A stretch of DNA of 64,000 nucleotides from Pseudomonadota bacterium (GCA_043821645.1 JBDRCO010000068.1:192001-256000), one strand, 5' to 3'. Shown: positions 50,572-59,457, numbered from the stretch's first letter. A program made the numbers and translations. Notes: generated from the sequence alone by a model not told the origin.

Positions 50572-52547
50572 GTGGCGAGACCCTGCCGGTCGGCACCCGT
50601 CTAGGGAAGTACCTGTTGCAGCGCCTGCTCGGCAAGGGCGCGATGGGGGCCGTCTACCTCGCCGTTGACGAGCTGCTGGATCGACAGGTGGCGGTCAAGA
50701 CCATCACCCCGACCTTCGCCGGGGACGCGCAGTTCAGGGCCCGGTTCCTGCGCGAGGCGAGGACGCTGGCCAAGCTCAATCACCCCAATGTGGTGCAGAT
50801 CTACGACGTCCACGACGTCGGGGAGGCCTCCCGGGACGACCTGCCGTTCCTGGTGACCGAGTTTGTCGATGGCAAGGACCTGTACACCATCGTCCGCGAC
50901 GAGAAGCACTTGCCCTGGGGTCGCGCCTGTCTGCTGCTGAGACAGATCGCCCTCGGGCTCTCCGCGGCCGCGGATCGGGACATCGTGCATCGCGACGTCA
51001 AGCCCGGCAACATCCTGGTGTCGATGGGGGACGTGGTCAAGGTCACCGACTTCGGTCTGGCCAAGCCGCTGGTCGGCGACCAGAGCCTGACCCAGGCCGA
51101 GGTGGTCATGGGAACGCCGGACTACATGGCTCCGGAGCAAGCCATGGGGCGGGCCATCGACTGGCGAGCAGATCAGTACGCCCTGGCCTGCACCATGTTT
51201 CAGATGCTCTGCGGGCGGACGCCTTTTGGCGACGGCGCCCCTGCCGAGATCTGTGCGCGCCAGGTGTATGACAGCTGGCCCGACGTCACGGCCCAGGTCG
51301 TCGACGTGCCACCCCGCCTGGTCGAGATCCTGGGCCGCATGGCGCAGAAGGACCCGGCAAGGCGCTTCGGGAGCTACCTTGAACTCCTGGATGCCATCGA
51401 CGACGTCCTGGATCCAGGGCGCGTGCGCGACCGCGAGCGGGCCTTCGTCGTCGTGACCAGTGGCGGCCAGACCGGGTTGCGTGTGCGCGTCGCGGATCGG
51501 CCCCTCATCGTCGGGCGCCTCCCCGAGTGCGATCTGGCCCTCGAGGATGCCCGGGCCAGCCGCAAGCACGCGGCCTTCCAGTATGGCAGCGAGGGCCTCG
51601 AGGTCCGCGACCTGGGGAGCCGCAACGGCCTGCTCGTCAACGACAGGCCAACGCGCTGGTCCTCCCTGGTCGACGGGGATCGCGTGAAGCTAGGGGATAC
51701 CAGCCTGTGCATCAGCATCGAACGTGTGGCACCGGATCCCGCGCTCGCACTGGCCGCCAAGGCCTCGGCTTTCGATGGCGTCGATGTCACCGCCGAGCGC
51801 CCCATGCCGGACGCCTTCACCGTACCTGCGCCAGAACCCTCGGCGTCGGTGTGGAAGGATGCCCATGAGAACAAAGGCCCGAGTGCCCTGACCCGTGTGG
51901 TGTCGCGCTCCGCGGCGCAGCGCATGACCGACGCATCCCACCTGAGCCGCCCCGGCGTGCTGCGCTGCCGGCGGGTGGACGTCGTGGTGGTGCGCTTCAA
52001 CCTGACCGGAGTGGTACGGCTGGCGGACGCGCTGGATCCGGACCAGCTCTCGAACCAGCTCAACGCCGCGCACGAGGTCATCGTGGATCAGGTGTTCCAG
52101 CACCAGGGCAGCCTCGACACCCTGACCGGTGACACCGTCCTGGCCGTGTTCGGCGCACCCGCCGAGGTGGCCGAGGCCGAGGCCAAGGCCGCCGCCGCCG
52201 CCTATCGCGGGACCCAGGCCGTGGTCGAGCTGCAGCGCGCTCACGAACCCACACAGCGCCTGGGCGTGCGCGCTGGGGTCGGCGCAGGGCCCGTGGTCGC
52301 CGGCCAGTTCGGGACCCACGACCGCAAGGACTACGGTGTCATTGGCCAGGCTGCCGAGATCGCTCGCGTGCTCGGCGCCATGGCGCCCGCGGACGGTGTG
52401 CTGCTGCAAGATGAAGTGGCACGGCGCCTGGGCGCCGGCTTTGACCTGCAGCCCCGGCCGGAGCAGACTCTCAAGCTGCACGGCCACGAGTATGCGGTGT
52501 TCGTGCTCACGGGGCTGCGATCAGCAACAGGAGAATGGCTGCGATGA
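50568..52547 (+). CDS. Ser/Thr kinase, FHA domain and degenerate class III nucleotide cyclase fusion
   Basis: GKGAMGAVY, HRDVKPGN, DFG, APE; FHA GR..SRKHA..GSRNG; cyclase-like GDTVLAVFG, GPVVAGQFG..RKDYGVIG. Confidence 0.9.
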   Translation: MSGETLPVGTRLGKYLLQRLLGKGAMGAVYLAVDELLDRQVAVKTITPTFAGDAQFRARFLREARTLAKLNHPNVVQIYDVHDVGEASRDDLPFLVTEFVDGKDLYTIVRDEKHLPWGRACLLLRQIALGLSAAADRDIVHRDVKPGNILVSMGDVVKVTDFGLAKPLVGDQSLTQAEVVMGTPDYMAPEQAMGRAIDWRADQYALACTMFQMLCGRTPFGDGAPAEICARQVYDSWPDVTAQVVDVPPRLVEILGRMAQKDPARRFGSYLELLDAIDDVLDPGRVRDRERAFVVVTSGGQTGLRVRVADRPLIVGRLPECDLALEDARASRKHAAFQYGSEGLEVRDLGSRNGLLVNDRPTRWSSLVDGDRVKLGDTSLCISIERVAPDPALALAAKASAFDGVDVTAERPMPDAFTVPAPEPSASVWKDAHENKGPSALTRVVSRSAAQRMTDASHLSRPGVLRCRRVDVVVVRFNLTGVVRLADALDPDQLSNQLNAAHEVIVDQVFQHQGSLDTLTGDTVLAVFGAPAEVAEAEAKAAAAAYRGTQAVVELQRAHEPTQRLGVRAGVGAGPVVAGQFGTHDRKDYGVIGQAAEIARVLGAMAPADGVLLQDEVARRLGAGFDLQPRPEQTLKLHGHEYAVFVLTGLRSATGEWLR

Positions 52548-52855
52548 GTGGATTGTGGGTGTTCCTGATCGTCGTGGTGGTGTTCGGTAGCGTGTCCAGC
52601 GTGTTGCGCGCAGCCTTGCATCGAGGGCAGCGGACTGCATCGGAACGCGAACTCGAGAGCCTGCGCACCCGCATGGCAGAGATCGAAGGCCATCTTGGTC
52701 TGCAGCAGGCCCTGCCTGCACCAGAGAGGCAGCGCGGGGGCGAGCTCGAGCGGCGTGTCGAGGCCCTGGAAACCATCGTCACCGGCGCCGATGAGCTGCT
52801 CGAGAAGCGCTTGCGTGAGGCCAGCCACGAGCATGCCGGGGATAGCACCGACTAA
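52544..52855 (+). CDS. Small membrane protein, PspB-like coiled coil
   Basis: N-terminal TM; LERRVEALETIVT; ATGA overlap with the upstream gene. Confidence 0.7.
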   Translation: MSGLWVFLIVVVVFGSVSSVLRAALHRGQRTASERELESLRTRMAEIEGHLGLQQALPAPERQRGGELERRVEALETIVTGADELLEKRLREASHEHAGDSTD

Positions 52856-52874
52856 CCGCCAGGAGGCAGACCAC

Positions 52875-53156
52875 ATGTCGAAGATCCTCGTCGAGAAACC
52901 GCACAGCTTGTCCGTGGACCAAGCCAAGGAAGCCCTCAAGTCCTTCGAAGGGGACCTGGCCAAGTACGGGCTCAAACCCGAGTGGAAGGGCAACAAAGCC
53001 GAACTCAAGGGCACGGGCGCGTCGGGGGAGATCCGCATCGAGGCCAGCAAGGTCGTGGTCGAGATCAAGCTGGGGATGCTGGCCAAGGCCGCGGGAATCA
53101 AGGCCGACAAGGTGCAGGCATCGATCGAGAAGCGGCTGGGTTCTGCCCTGGCGTGA
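52875..53156 (+). CDS. Polyhydroxyalkanoic acid system (PHA_gran_rgn) family protein
   Basis: AGGAGG RBS; MSKILVEKPHSL, YGLKPEWKG, GTGASGEI, KLGML. Confidence 0.8.
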   Translation: MSKILVEKPHSLSVDQAKEALKSFEGDLAKYGLKPEWKGNKAELKGTGASGEIRIEASKVVVEIKLGMLAKAAGIKADKVQASIEKRLGSALA

Positions 53157-53339
53157 TCCTGGGTGTCCTTCTGTCCGCCCAGTCCTCGGATCCGACAGCA
53201 ACACGGCATCACCGATAGTCCCTGAACACGGCCTGGGGACGCTGCGACAAGGCCCGCCTGCTTGGCTTTCGAGCCGGAAAAAAGCCGGCTGCCCTGGTAC
53301 CGGTTGCCAGAGAATCCCGCCTCGAGTCATGAAATTCGC

Positions 53340-53630
53340 ATGGAGTGCGCGCATGCAGCGTGTACAGGAAGACAAGCTACGAAGGTCGGTCGCCTGAGCC
53401 TGGCCCATGTCGTCGCCGCCGCTGCGGCGCTTCTGTTCTCATATGCCGCGCAGGCAGGGCCCCGGCAGTGGGCATGCGCTGGTCCCATACTCGGGACGGC
53501 TCGACGCCAGCGGTGCGGCCATCAGCGGCAGCGATGACTTCCGCTTCGGCCTGTGTGGATCAGCCACCGCGGACACTTCGGAACTGGTCACAACGCCGAA
53601 CGCGGCCCTGTCGCAGGCCAGTGGCTGCTG
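53340..53630 (+). pseudogene. Possible eroded 5' remnant of a secreted-protein gene
   Basis: Signal peptide LAHVVAAAAALLFSYAAQA in one frame; LVPYSGRLDASGAAISGSDDFRFGL follows in the +1 frame; coding signal then fades. Confidence 0.45.
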
Positions 53631-53722
53631 CCGGGGCAGGTCCCTTTTTTCCTGGTGTTCATCACCTCGAGTGCTACATGGCGTACGCGGGGATGTGTTC
53701 GCGGGGAGAAAGGGCAGATGCG

Positions 53723-54148
53723 GTGACCATCACCAGAAGCGGTCTGGACATCGGAGCCATCGAACTCGTCGACCAGAAGTGGCCCGTTGTCATCGTGCGC
53801 CCACTGGATCAGTTGACGGACCAGCAGCTCGACAACTTCTTGCATCATTTCCGCGACGTGGCGTCGAGCCGCGGCGGTGATCACAGTCTGGTGCTGGACC
53901 TCCGCTTCTATAAAGACATGCCCGCCACGCAACGCAGGCGTATCTCCGAGGAGATGGAAAAAGGCACCGTCATCTCCCGCTGCCACGCCACCGCCATGGT
54001 GTTCACCTCGCCCGTGCTCAAGCTGGTGCTGACCGCCATCCTGTGGCTCAACAAGCCCAAGCACGAGCTCAAGGTCTTCAGTGACATCGACGCGGCCATG
54101 ACCTGGGCGAGCGAAAAGCTGAGCGACGGATTGCAGAAGATCGCCTGA
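53723..54148 (+). CDS. STAS/SEC14 (SpoIIAA-like) small protein
   Basis: KWPVVIV, LVLDLR, MVFTSPVLKLVLTAILWL, KVFSDIDAAMTWA; start uncertain (53678 or 53723). Confidence 0.7.
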   Translation: MTITRSGLDIGAIELVDQKWPVVIVRPLDQLTDQQLDNFLHHFRDVASSRGGDHSLVLDLRFYKDMPATQRRRISEEMEKGTVISRCHATAMVFTSPVLKLVLTAILWLNKPKHELKVFSDIDAAMTWASEKLSDGLQKIA

Positions 54149-54181
54149 AAACGCCGGTGGCGCTCTCCTGCTGGGCGGTGT

Positions 54182-55225
54182 TCACGGGAGCGGCGCGTCG
54201 AAAACGCAGCTGGCGGCGTCCCCCTGGGTCGGGTGCTGGTCGTCGGAGTCATCATAGTACGTCGTGGCAAGCTCGCAGGCCCAGCACTGGGTGGCGAAGA
54301 TCTCCGTCGACACCAGGTCGCCACCGCGGATGGTGGCATCGGCACGCCCGGCGCCGCAGGACTGCCACTGGGCGCAGATGCTGAGCTGCTCCAGGCTCGA
54401 GAAGATGAAGCCCGCCACGAAGTCCGCGTTGACCACGAAGCACATCTCCCCCGAACCATCGGCCTTGCCGTCGTAGCTGTAGTCGGCAGAGCTCGGCAGC
54501 AGGGTGCCCTCTTCGTGGACCTCGCGCACCTGCACCTCCAGGTGCACGTCACCACCAACCTGGACGTAGTCGATGGTGAGCCGGCCCTGGTCATCCACCT
54601 TGCCCATGCCCGCGCCCCGCACCGCATTGAGGTCGAGGGTCAGGCTGCCGCTGCCCGTGCGGGCACCTCCCTGGGGCTCCGAGGGTGTGTAGGATCCGTA
54701 CAGGACGCGCACCAGCCCCGAGTCGTCGACCTCGGTGTCGCAGGTGATGTCGTCGGCAAGTTCCTTGTCGAAGGCGCCGCGCATGGCGTGCAGGCAGTAG
54801 CTGAACTGATCCGAGTCGGCGGACAGCACACGGTGTATCTCGAAGCGCAGGGAGATGTTGTCGCGCAGCACGTGCACCGGTCCCCACACGCGCAGGTTGG
54901 CCGCGCGCCGCGTGGGCGCATAGCCGTGCGCGATGTTGTCGACGAGATCGAGCACCGCGAACGTGCCGGTGTTGATGGCCGTGGACACCGAGCCCGCCAG
55001 GCAGCGCAGGTTGTCGTCGGTGCACGCGCCAAGCCCCTGGGTCTGGCTGCCGGCCCGGTCCTGGCCGTAGTTGGCGCCTGGCGCCTTGAGCGCCAGGGTG
55101 GCCTTGTCCGGCAGTGCGGACAAAAAGATCAGGTCCTCGTTGGACAGGTTGCCGCAGGCCGTCAGCCCGGCCACGCCCAGGCAGGCGACGAGGAGACTGA
55201 GGAGCCTGGTGGCGCGCGTGTTCAT
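54182..55225 (-). CDS. Lipoprotein of unknown function (last gene of the ECF-caspase locus)
   Basis: GLTAC lipobox followed by GNLSNEDLIFLSALP; Cys pairs; beta-rich C-terminal half. Confidence 0.85.
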   Translation of the reverse strand: MNTRATRLLSLLVACLGVAGLTACGNLSNEDLIFLSALPDKATLALKAPGANYGQDRAGSQTQGLGACTDDNLRCLAGSVSTAINTGTFAVLDLVDNIAHGYAPTRRAANLRVWGPVHVLRDNISLRFEIHRVLSADSDQFSYCLHAMRGAFDKELADDITCDTEVDDSGLVRVLYGSYTPSEPQGGARTGSGSLTLDLNAVRGAGMGKVDDQGRLTIDYVQVGGDVHLEVQVREVHEEGTLLPSSADYSYDGKADGSGEMCFVVNADFVAGFIFSSLEQLSICAQWQSCGAGRADATIRGGDLVSTEIFATQCWACELATTYYDDSDDQHPTQGDAASCVFDAPLP

Positions 55226-55236
55226 CTCATCAATCC

Positions 55237-55264
55237 TGACACCGTGTGCGCTCGATCACCGAAA
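55237..55264 (-). promoter_or_regulatory. Candidate ECF promoter, copy 2 (lipoprotein gene)
   Basis: TTTCGG-TGATCGAGCGCACA-CGGTGTCA then 11 nt to ATG; same boxes and spacing as 58302-58329. Confidence 0.75.
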
Positions 55265-55281
55265 CGATTTGTTCCCTCGCC

Positions 55282-56910
55282 TCAAAAATCCACCCAGGCG
55301 CTGGCCAGCCCCTCGACGTAGCCGAAGCTGCGGTTCTGGTCCACCGTGTACAGCAGGTAGTGCGCGCGCAGCATGGCCTCGACGTGGAACCAGTCCCAGG
55401 GCGACCAGCCGACCAGCCCGACCAGGCCCGGGCTCATGGTCAGATAAAACTGGTTGTCGAGGGGCCCCCCGGCCTCGAAGGACCGCAGCATGAACAGCGT
55501 GGCCAGCCGGCCGCCTCCCGCCAGGTTCACCGGACCGAGGGCGTGCTCGTACAGGATCGAAGTCCCCAGCTGCACCTGGCTGTAGCGGATGGGGTACTCG
55601 AGGGTGCCCAGGGCACCTCCCGCGTCCAGGCGCAGGGTATCCTCGCGGGTGCCGAAGCCCAGATCGGCGGACAGCAGCAGGTGCCGCCGCAGCAGGTTGT
55701 GCAGCCGTGCCTCGAGGCTGACGAAACCGATGGGCGGGAACAGGTCAGCAGACATCGAGGCCGGTGAATCGAAGACCGCCTGGGCTCCAGCGCCCAGGGA
55801 GAGCGACAGCGTGATGGTACCATGCTGCAGTTCTTCCTCGAGCACCGGCGTGCCCTTCGCGTAGTCGTCCTCGAAACGCACGCGCTCCATGCCTGTCTCG
55901 TCGACAACCATGCTGCCGCGCGAGGCCACGCGCACCCGTTGCATGAGAAGGTGGTCGGGCAGGCGCTTCTTGATCACGTAGGCGCCACCCTTGACCGCCA
56001 GGCGCCGGGTCTCCCCCTTGACCTTGTCGATCTCGGCAACGATCAACTGGCGCTCCTCGTCGACGAGGTAGTACTGCCCGGCGAGGTCCTCGGGGAAGGT
56101 CAGCACCGCCCCTCCCTGGTCAAAGGAGGTGAGGATCACGTCTCCGGCCCCGCTCAGGTCGTAGTCGTAGGTCGGGTGCTGGGCCCCGGAACGGGTCGAG
56201 GCGGTGGCTGCCACGGTGCGGCTGTAGGCGTAGGCATAGGCCTCCCCCAGGGTCACCCGACCGTCGGAATTGGCGTCGGCGGCACCGCGCAGCCCGGTGG
56301 CCACGTAGTGGGTGAAGAAACTGCCCTGGATATCATCGGACTCCTGGCTGGCCTCGTCGGCAGAAGAGGAGGCGATGATGACCTGACCCCGGGCTGCCAG
56401 GCTGTGGTCCACGGCGATGACAAAGGGCGGCGCCAGCTGGCCTCCCTTCTCGCGGGTGATGGCACCGGCGCCGCAGGAATCGAGCAGGGCAATGCGCACC
56501 CGCGCCCGCGAAGCGTCGAGAAGTGACTTGAGCAGCTTCATGTCCAGCCGCGAGTCACCCATGCGCAGGATGCCGTCCTTGGCGTGGCCTGAGTAATAAA
56601 ACAGCACCAGCGCCTCGTCGCCGCGATGCTGGATGTGGCCCACCTTTGCCTCGAGCTCGCGCAGGGCGCGCAGCACGTCGGGGGCCGCCGGGTTCTCCAG
56701 GTGTGCAACATTGTGGGGCGAAAAGCCGCCGAGCGAGCTCAGCACCTCGGCCATGCGCTGGGCGTCACGGCCTGCATAGCGCAGGGTGGCCAGACCATCG
56801 CCGCCGAAGTTATTGCTGACCAGCAGCGCCAGGCGCTCGGTGACCGCCCGTGCCATCGACGAGGTCGCCAGCACCGTGGCCAGCACCGCGAGCGCGGCAA
56901 GGCGCTTCAT
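55282..56910 (-). CDS. Exported caspase-family (peptidase C14) protease with probable C-terminal outer-membrane beta-barrel
   Basis: Signal peptide; LRYAGRDA, FYYSGHA (His), LDSC (Cys), ASQES, SFFTH, QHP; alternating amphipathic strands ending AWVDF. Confidence 0.9.
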   Translation of the reverse strand: MKRLAALAVLATVLATSSMARAVTERLALLVSNNFGGDGLATLRYAGRDAQRMAEVLSSLGGFSPHNVAHLENPAAPDVLRALRELEAKVGHIQHRGDEALVLFYYSGHAKDGILRMGDSRLDMKLLKSLLDASRARVRIALLDSCGAGAITREKGGQLAPPFVIAVDHSLAARGQVIIASSSADEASQESDDIQGSFFTHYVATGLRGAADANSDGRVTLGEAYAYAYSRTVAATASTRSGAQHPTYDYDLSGAGDVILTSFDQGGAVLTFPEDLAGQYYLVDEERQLIVAEIDKVKGETRRLAVKGGAYVIKKRLPDHLLMQRVRVASRGSMVVDETGMERVRFEDDYAKGTPVLEEELQHGTITLSLSLGAGAQAVFDSPASMSADLFPPIGFVSLEARLHNLLRRHLLLSADLGFGTREDTLRLDAGGALGTLEYPIRYSQVQLGTSILYEHALGPVNLAGGGRLATLFMLRSFEAGGPLDNQFYLTMSPGLVGLVGWSPWDWFHVEAMLRAHYLLYTVDQNRSFGYVEGLASAWVDF

Positions 56911-57725
56911 GGCGCGACCTTGACGATGGAGATCGAGGTCTGGTGGACACCCGGGTCGTCGACGGGGAGGCGCTCGACCCGGCTCAGGTCCACGCCCTCT
57001 TGCACCAGCTTCAGGGCCGCGGACTGGGCGAGCTGATGCAGCATTTCCACGTCACCGTCGTCGGAGAACACCGCGAAGAAGCGCTCGGGTCCTACCGCGT
57101 CGTCGAGGATGACAGATCCCGGGAGCGGGCTCAGGGTCTCGACCCCCTTGGTTTGCTGGGTCAGGGCTTCGGCGTGGTAGACCGTGACCGCGCCACGACC
57201 ATCGACGCCCAGCAGCACCACGCTGCGCGCGCTCCGCGCGGGGCGCAGCAGGAACTGGATCTGCTGCCCGGCCTTGAGCTGCTCACCGTCATCACCGCGC
57301 CGGGCACCGGCGGGCTCGCGCACCAGGTAGCCGATTCCAGCCAGGTCGCTGCCCTTGCTGCGCAGGCCCGAGTCGTCGACGGGTGTGACCACCAGCAGCA
57401 CCACGGCTGCGGCCGCTGCCACCGCGACCGAACCCAGGGCCGGCCAGCGCCAGGCCCGCAGCTTCTCGACCCAGCTGCGGCGAGCTTGAGCGCGCCGCTC
57501 GAAATCCGCGGCAAAGCGTTCGAAGGGCATGACCGCGGAAAAAGCCGCGGCGTCGGAGCGGAGCCCGGCCACCAGCGATGCACAGTCCAGGCAGGTCTCC
57601 AGGTGCTGGTCGATGTCTCGCCGCTGTTCTGGCGTGCCCTCGCCCACCAGGTGCTGCTGCAGCCGGTGCGAGGTGACCCGCGAGCAGGTGGTGTGTGGCG
57701 TGAGATCGAGCAGCTTCGATGCCAT
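56907..57725 (-). CDS. Zinc-binding (ZAS/zf-HC2) transmembrane anti-sigma factor with DUF4384-like periplasmic domain
   Basis: HLETCLDC (HxxxCxxC); TM; LRSKG; LKAGQQIQF..VVLLGVDGRGAVTVY..GPERFFAVFS. Confidence 0.85.
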   Translation of the reverse strand: MASKLLDLTPHTTCSRVTSHRLQQHLVGEGTPEQRRDIDQHLETCLDCASLVAGLRSDAAAFSAVMPFERFAADFERRAQARRSWVEKLRAWRWPALGSVAVAAAAAVVLLVVTPVDDSGLRSKGSDLAGIGYLVREPAGARRGDDGEQLKAGQQIQFLLRPARSARSVVLLGVDGRGAVTVYHAEALTQQTKGVETLSPLPGSVILDDAVGPERFFAVFSDDGDVEMLHQLAQSAALKLVQEGVDLSRVERLPVDDPGVHQTSISIVKVAP

Positions 57726-57735
57726 GATGCGTCGC

Positions 57736-58290
57736 CTAGATCGGCGCCTCCTTGAGTTCGACCCAGGGCATGATCTTCTCGAGTTCGCGCCGCGCCGTGC
57801 GCAGGAAGCCGCGCAAGCGCTTGCGCACCGTGGGCACGCTCAGCCCCACGGCCTGGGCTATCTCCTCCTGGGTCATCTCGTCGACGAAGTAGTACACCGC
57901 CAGTTCCTGCACCTGGCGATCGCAGCGCGCCAGCAGGGCTCGCAGCAGGTCCAGGCGCTCGATCTGGCTGTGCTCGTCATCCCGGGTCTGCTCGGCAACC
58001 TTGCCCAGCTGCAACAGGTCGGTCTTCCAGCGTGCCTTGCGTGCGCGCAGGATGTTGAGGCAGTGGTTGGTGGCGATGCGCGTGATCCAGGTCAGGCGGC
58101 TGGCCTGGCCGCGGAAGCCTTCGAGATTGCCCAGCACCTTGATGAAAACGTCCTGCATGGCGTCCCGCGCTTCCTCGTCGTCTCGCAGCAGGTAGCGGCA
58201 GCGGCTGTAAACGCGCGTGGCGTACAGCTCGTACAGCTCCCGGAGCACTTCGCGGTCGGTCGCCACCTTGGTGAGCCTCTCGACCGCCAT
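57736..58290 (-). CDS. ECF RNA polymerase sigma factor
   Basis: Region 2 EARDAMQDVFIKV and TWITRIATNHCLNILR; region 4 MTQEEIAQAVGLSVPTVRKRL. Confidence 0.95.
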   Translation of the reverse strand: MAVERLTKVATDREVLRELYELYATRVYSRCRYLLRDDEEARDAMQDVFIKVLGNLEGFRGQASRLTWITRIATNHCLNILRARKARWKTDLLQLGKVAEQTRDDEHSQIERLDLLRALLARCDRQVQELAVYYFVDEMTQEEIAQAVGLSVPTVRKRLRGFLRTARRELEKIMPWVELKEAPI

Positions 58291-58301
58291 CCTGTTCCTC
58301 T

Positions 58302-58329
58302 TGACACCGAGGCCAGGCTGCGGCCGAAA
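58302..58329 (-). promoter_or_regulatory. Candidate ECF promoter, copy 1 (autoregulatory, sigma gene)
   Basis: TTTCGG-CCGCAGCCTGGCCT-CGGTGTCA then 11 nt to ATG 58290. Confidence 0.75.
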
Positions 58330-58497
58330 AAATATTAGCGTGGATCTGAACTGCGCCAAACATCCTGCGCTATTCGGATGTTGGGTGCCAGCAGCGGACC
58401 CGCGCGGGGACGGATTCGGGTCCTTGGGCCATCTCTCTGGGTCAGGGATGTTATTCTCCTAGTGCTATGATGTGTATATATTCGTCATGACAATGGG

Positions 58498-58525
58498 TTG
58501 ACAAGCCATCGTGCCGCTTCATGAT
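58498..58525 (+). promoter_or_regulatory. Possible sigma70-type promoter for the 58579 gene
   Basis: TTGACA-N16-CATGAT preceded by an AT-rich tract. Confidence 0.45.
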
Positions 58526-58578
58526 GCCGCCCAGACCGGCCGTGGGAGTTCCATGGCTATCATCGGAGGACGGACAAG

Positions 58579-59358
58579 ATGGCACACCGGCACGCGTTTA
58601 CCGGGCTCCTGGCCCTTTCGTTGCTCGCCGCCGCAGGCTGCGGCCCCAGCGAGGAAGTTCGCACACCCCTCGATGCAGATCCGGCCGCCGAGGTCGCCAT
58701 CACCAACTTCACCATCTACGACGGGGTGATGGGCAGCAAGGAAGTCATGGTCTACATCAAGGTGGATCGCGAGATCTCGCGGGTCGAGTTGCTGTGCGAT
58801 GACGCCACCGAGCCTGCGGCCTCGGCCGAGGGTCGGGTCACCTCACTGATGTGGGACAGCACGCGCTGCGCCGAGGGTGTTGTGAACCTGGTGGCGCGGG
58901 TGGTGGACGAGGACGATCACACCTACGACAGCCCGGCCATGTCCCTGGTGGTGGTCAATCGAGGCCGGGTGGTCTCCCTCACCGAGGGCAACCTGGGCAC
59001 GATCCGCATCCCGACCACCTACGACGGCACCCAGGAAGTCGACGTCAAGCACCACTGGAACAACCCGGCCGGGCAGACCCGGGTGGTGGCCATCGCGACC
59101 TGGAACCTGACGGCCAGTGATCCTGTGTGGATGATCGAGGGATCGGTGGGCTGCGGCGTGTGTCCGCACAGCGGCAGCTTGTGGGGCCAGCCCGAGGAGA
59201 CCGACGCCAGCCCCTTCATCATCGACATGCGCGCCAGCGACATCAATCAGACCTGGCTCGACACCACCCAGGCCTTCTTCCACCTGAGGCCGCTGGATGC
59301 CCAGAATCACCTGGGTGAGAATCTGCCCTACACGATGGCCGTGTACCTGTTCGAGTGA
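58579..59358 (+). CDS. Hypothetical lipoprotein (Ig-like N-terminal half)
   Basis: GGAGG RBS; AAGC lipobox; WDST..EG...LVARVVD Ig-like motif; GCGVCPHSG. Confidence 0.8.
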   Translation: MAHRHAFTGLLALSLLAAAGCGPSEEVRTPLDADPAAEVAITNFTIYDGVMGSKEVMVYIKVDREISRVELLCDDATEPAASAEGRVTSLMWDSTRCAEGVVNLVARVVDEDDHTYDSPAMSLVVVNRGRVVSLTEGNLGTIRIPTTYDGTQEVDVKHHWNNPAGQTRVVAIATWNLTASDPVWMIEGSVGCGVCPHSGSLWGQPEETDASPFIIDMRASDINQTWLDTTQAFFHLRPLDAQNHLGENLPYTMAVYLFE

Positions 59359-59457
59359 TCGCGAGGGGCCGCTGCCCCTTGTGCCTGCCCGCTTCTCCAG
59401 CGCGACAATCCACAGTAGCCGGCTTCGTCAGCCAGATCCGCGGCCGGATCCGGCACT

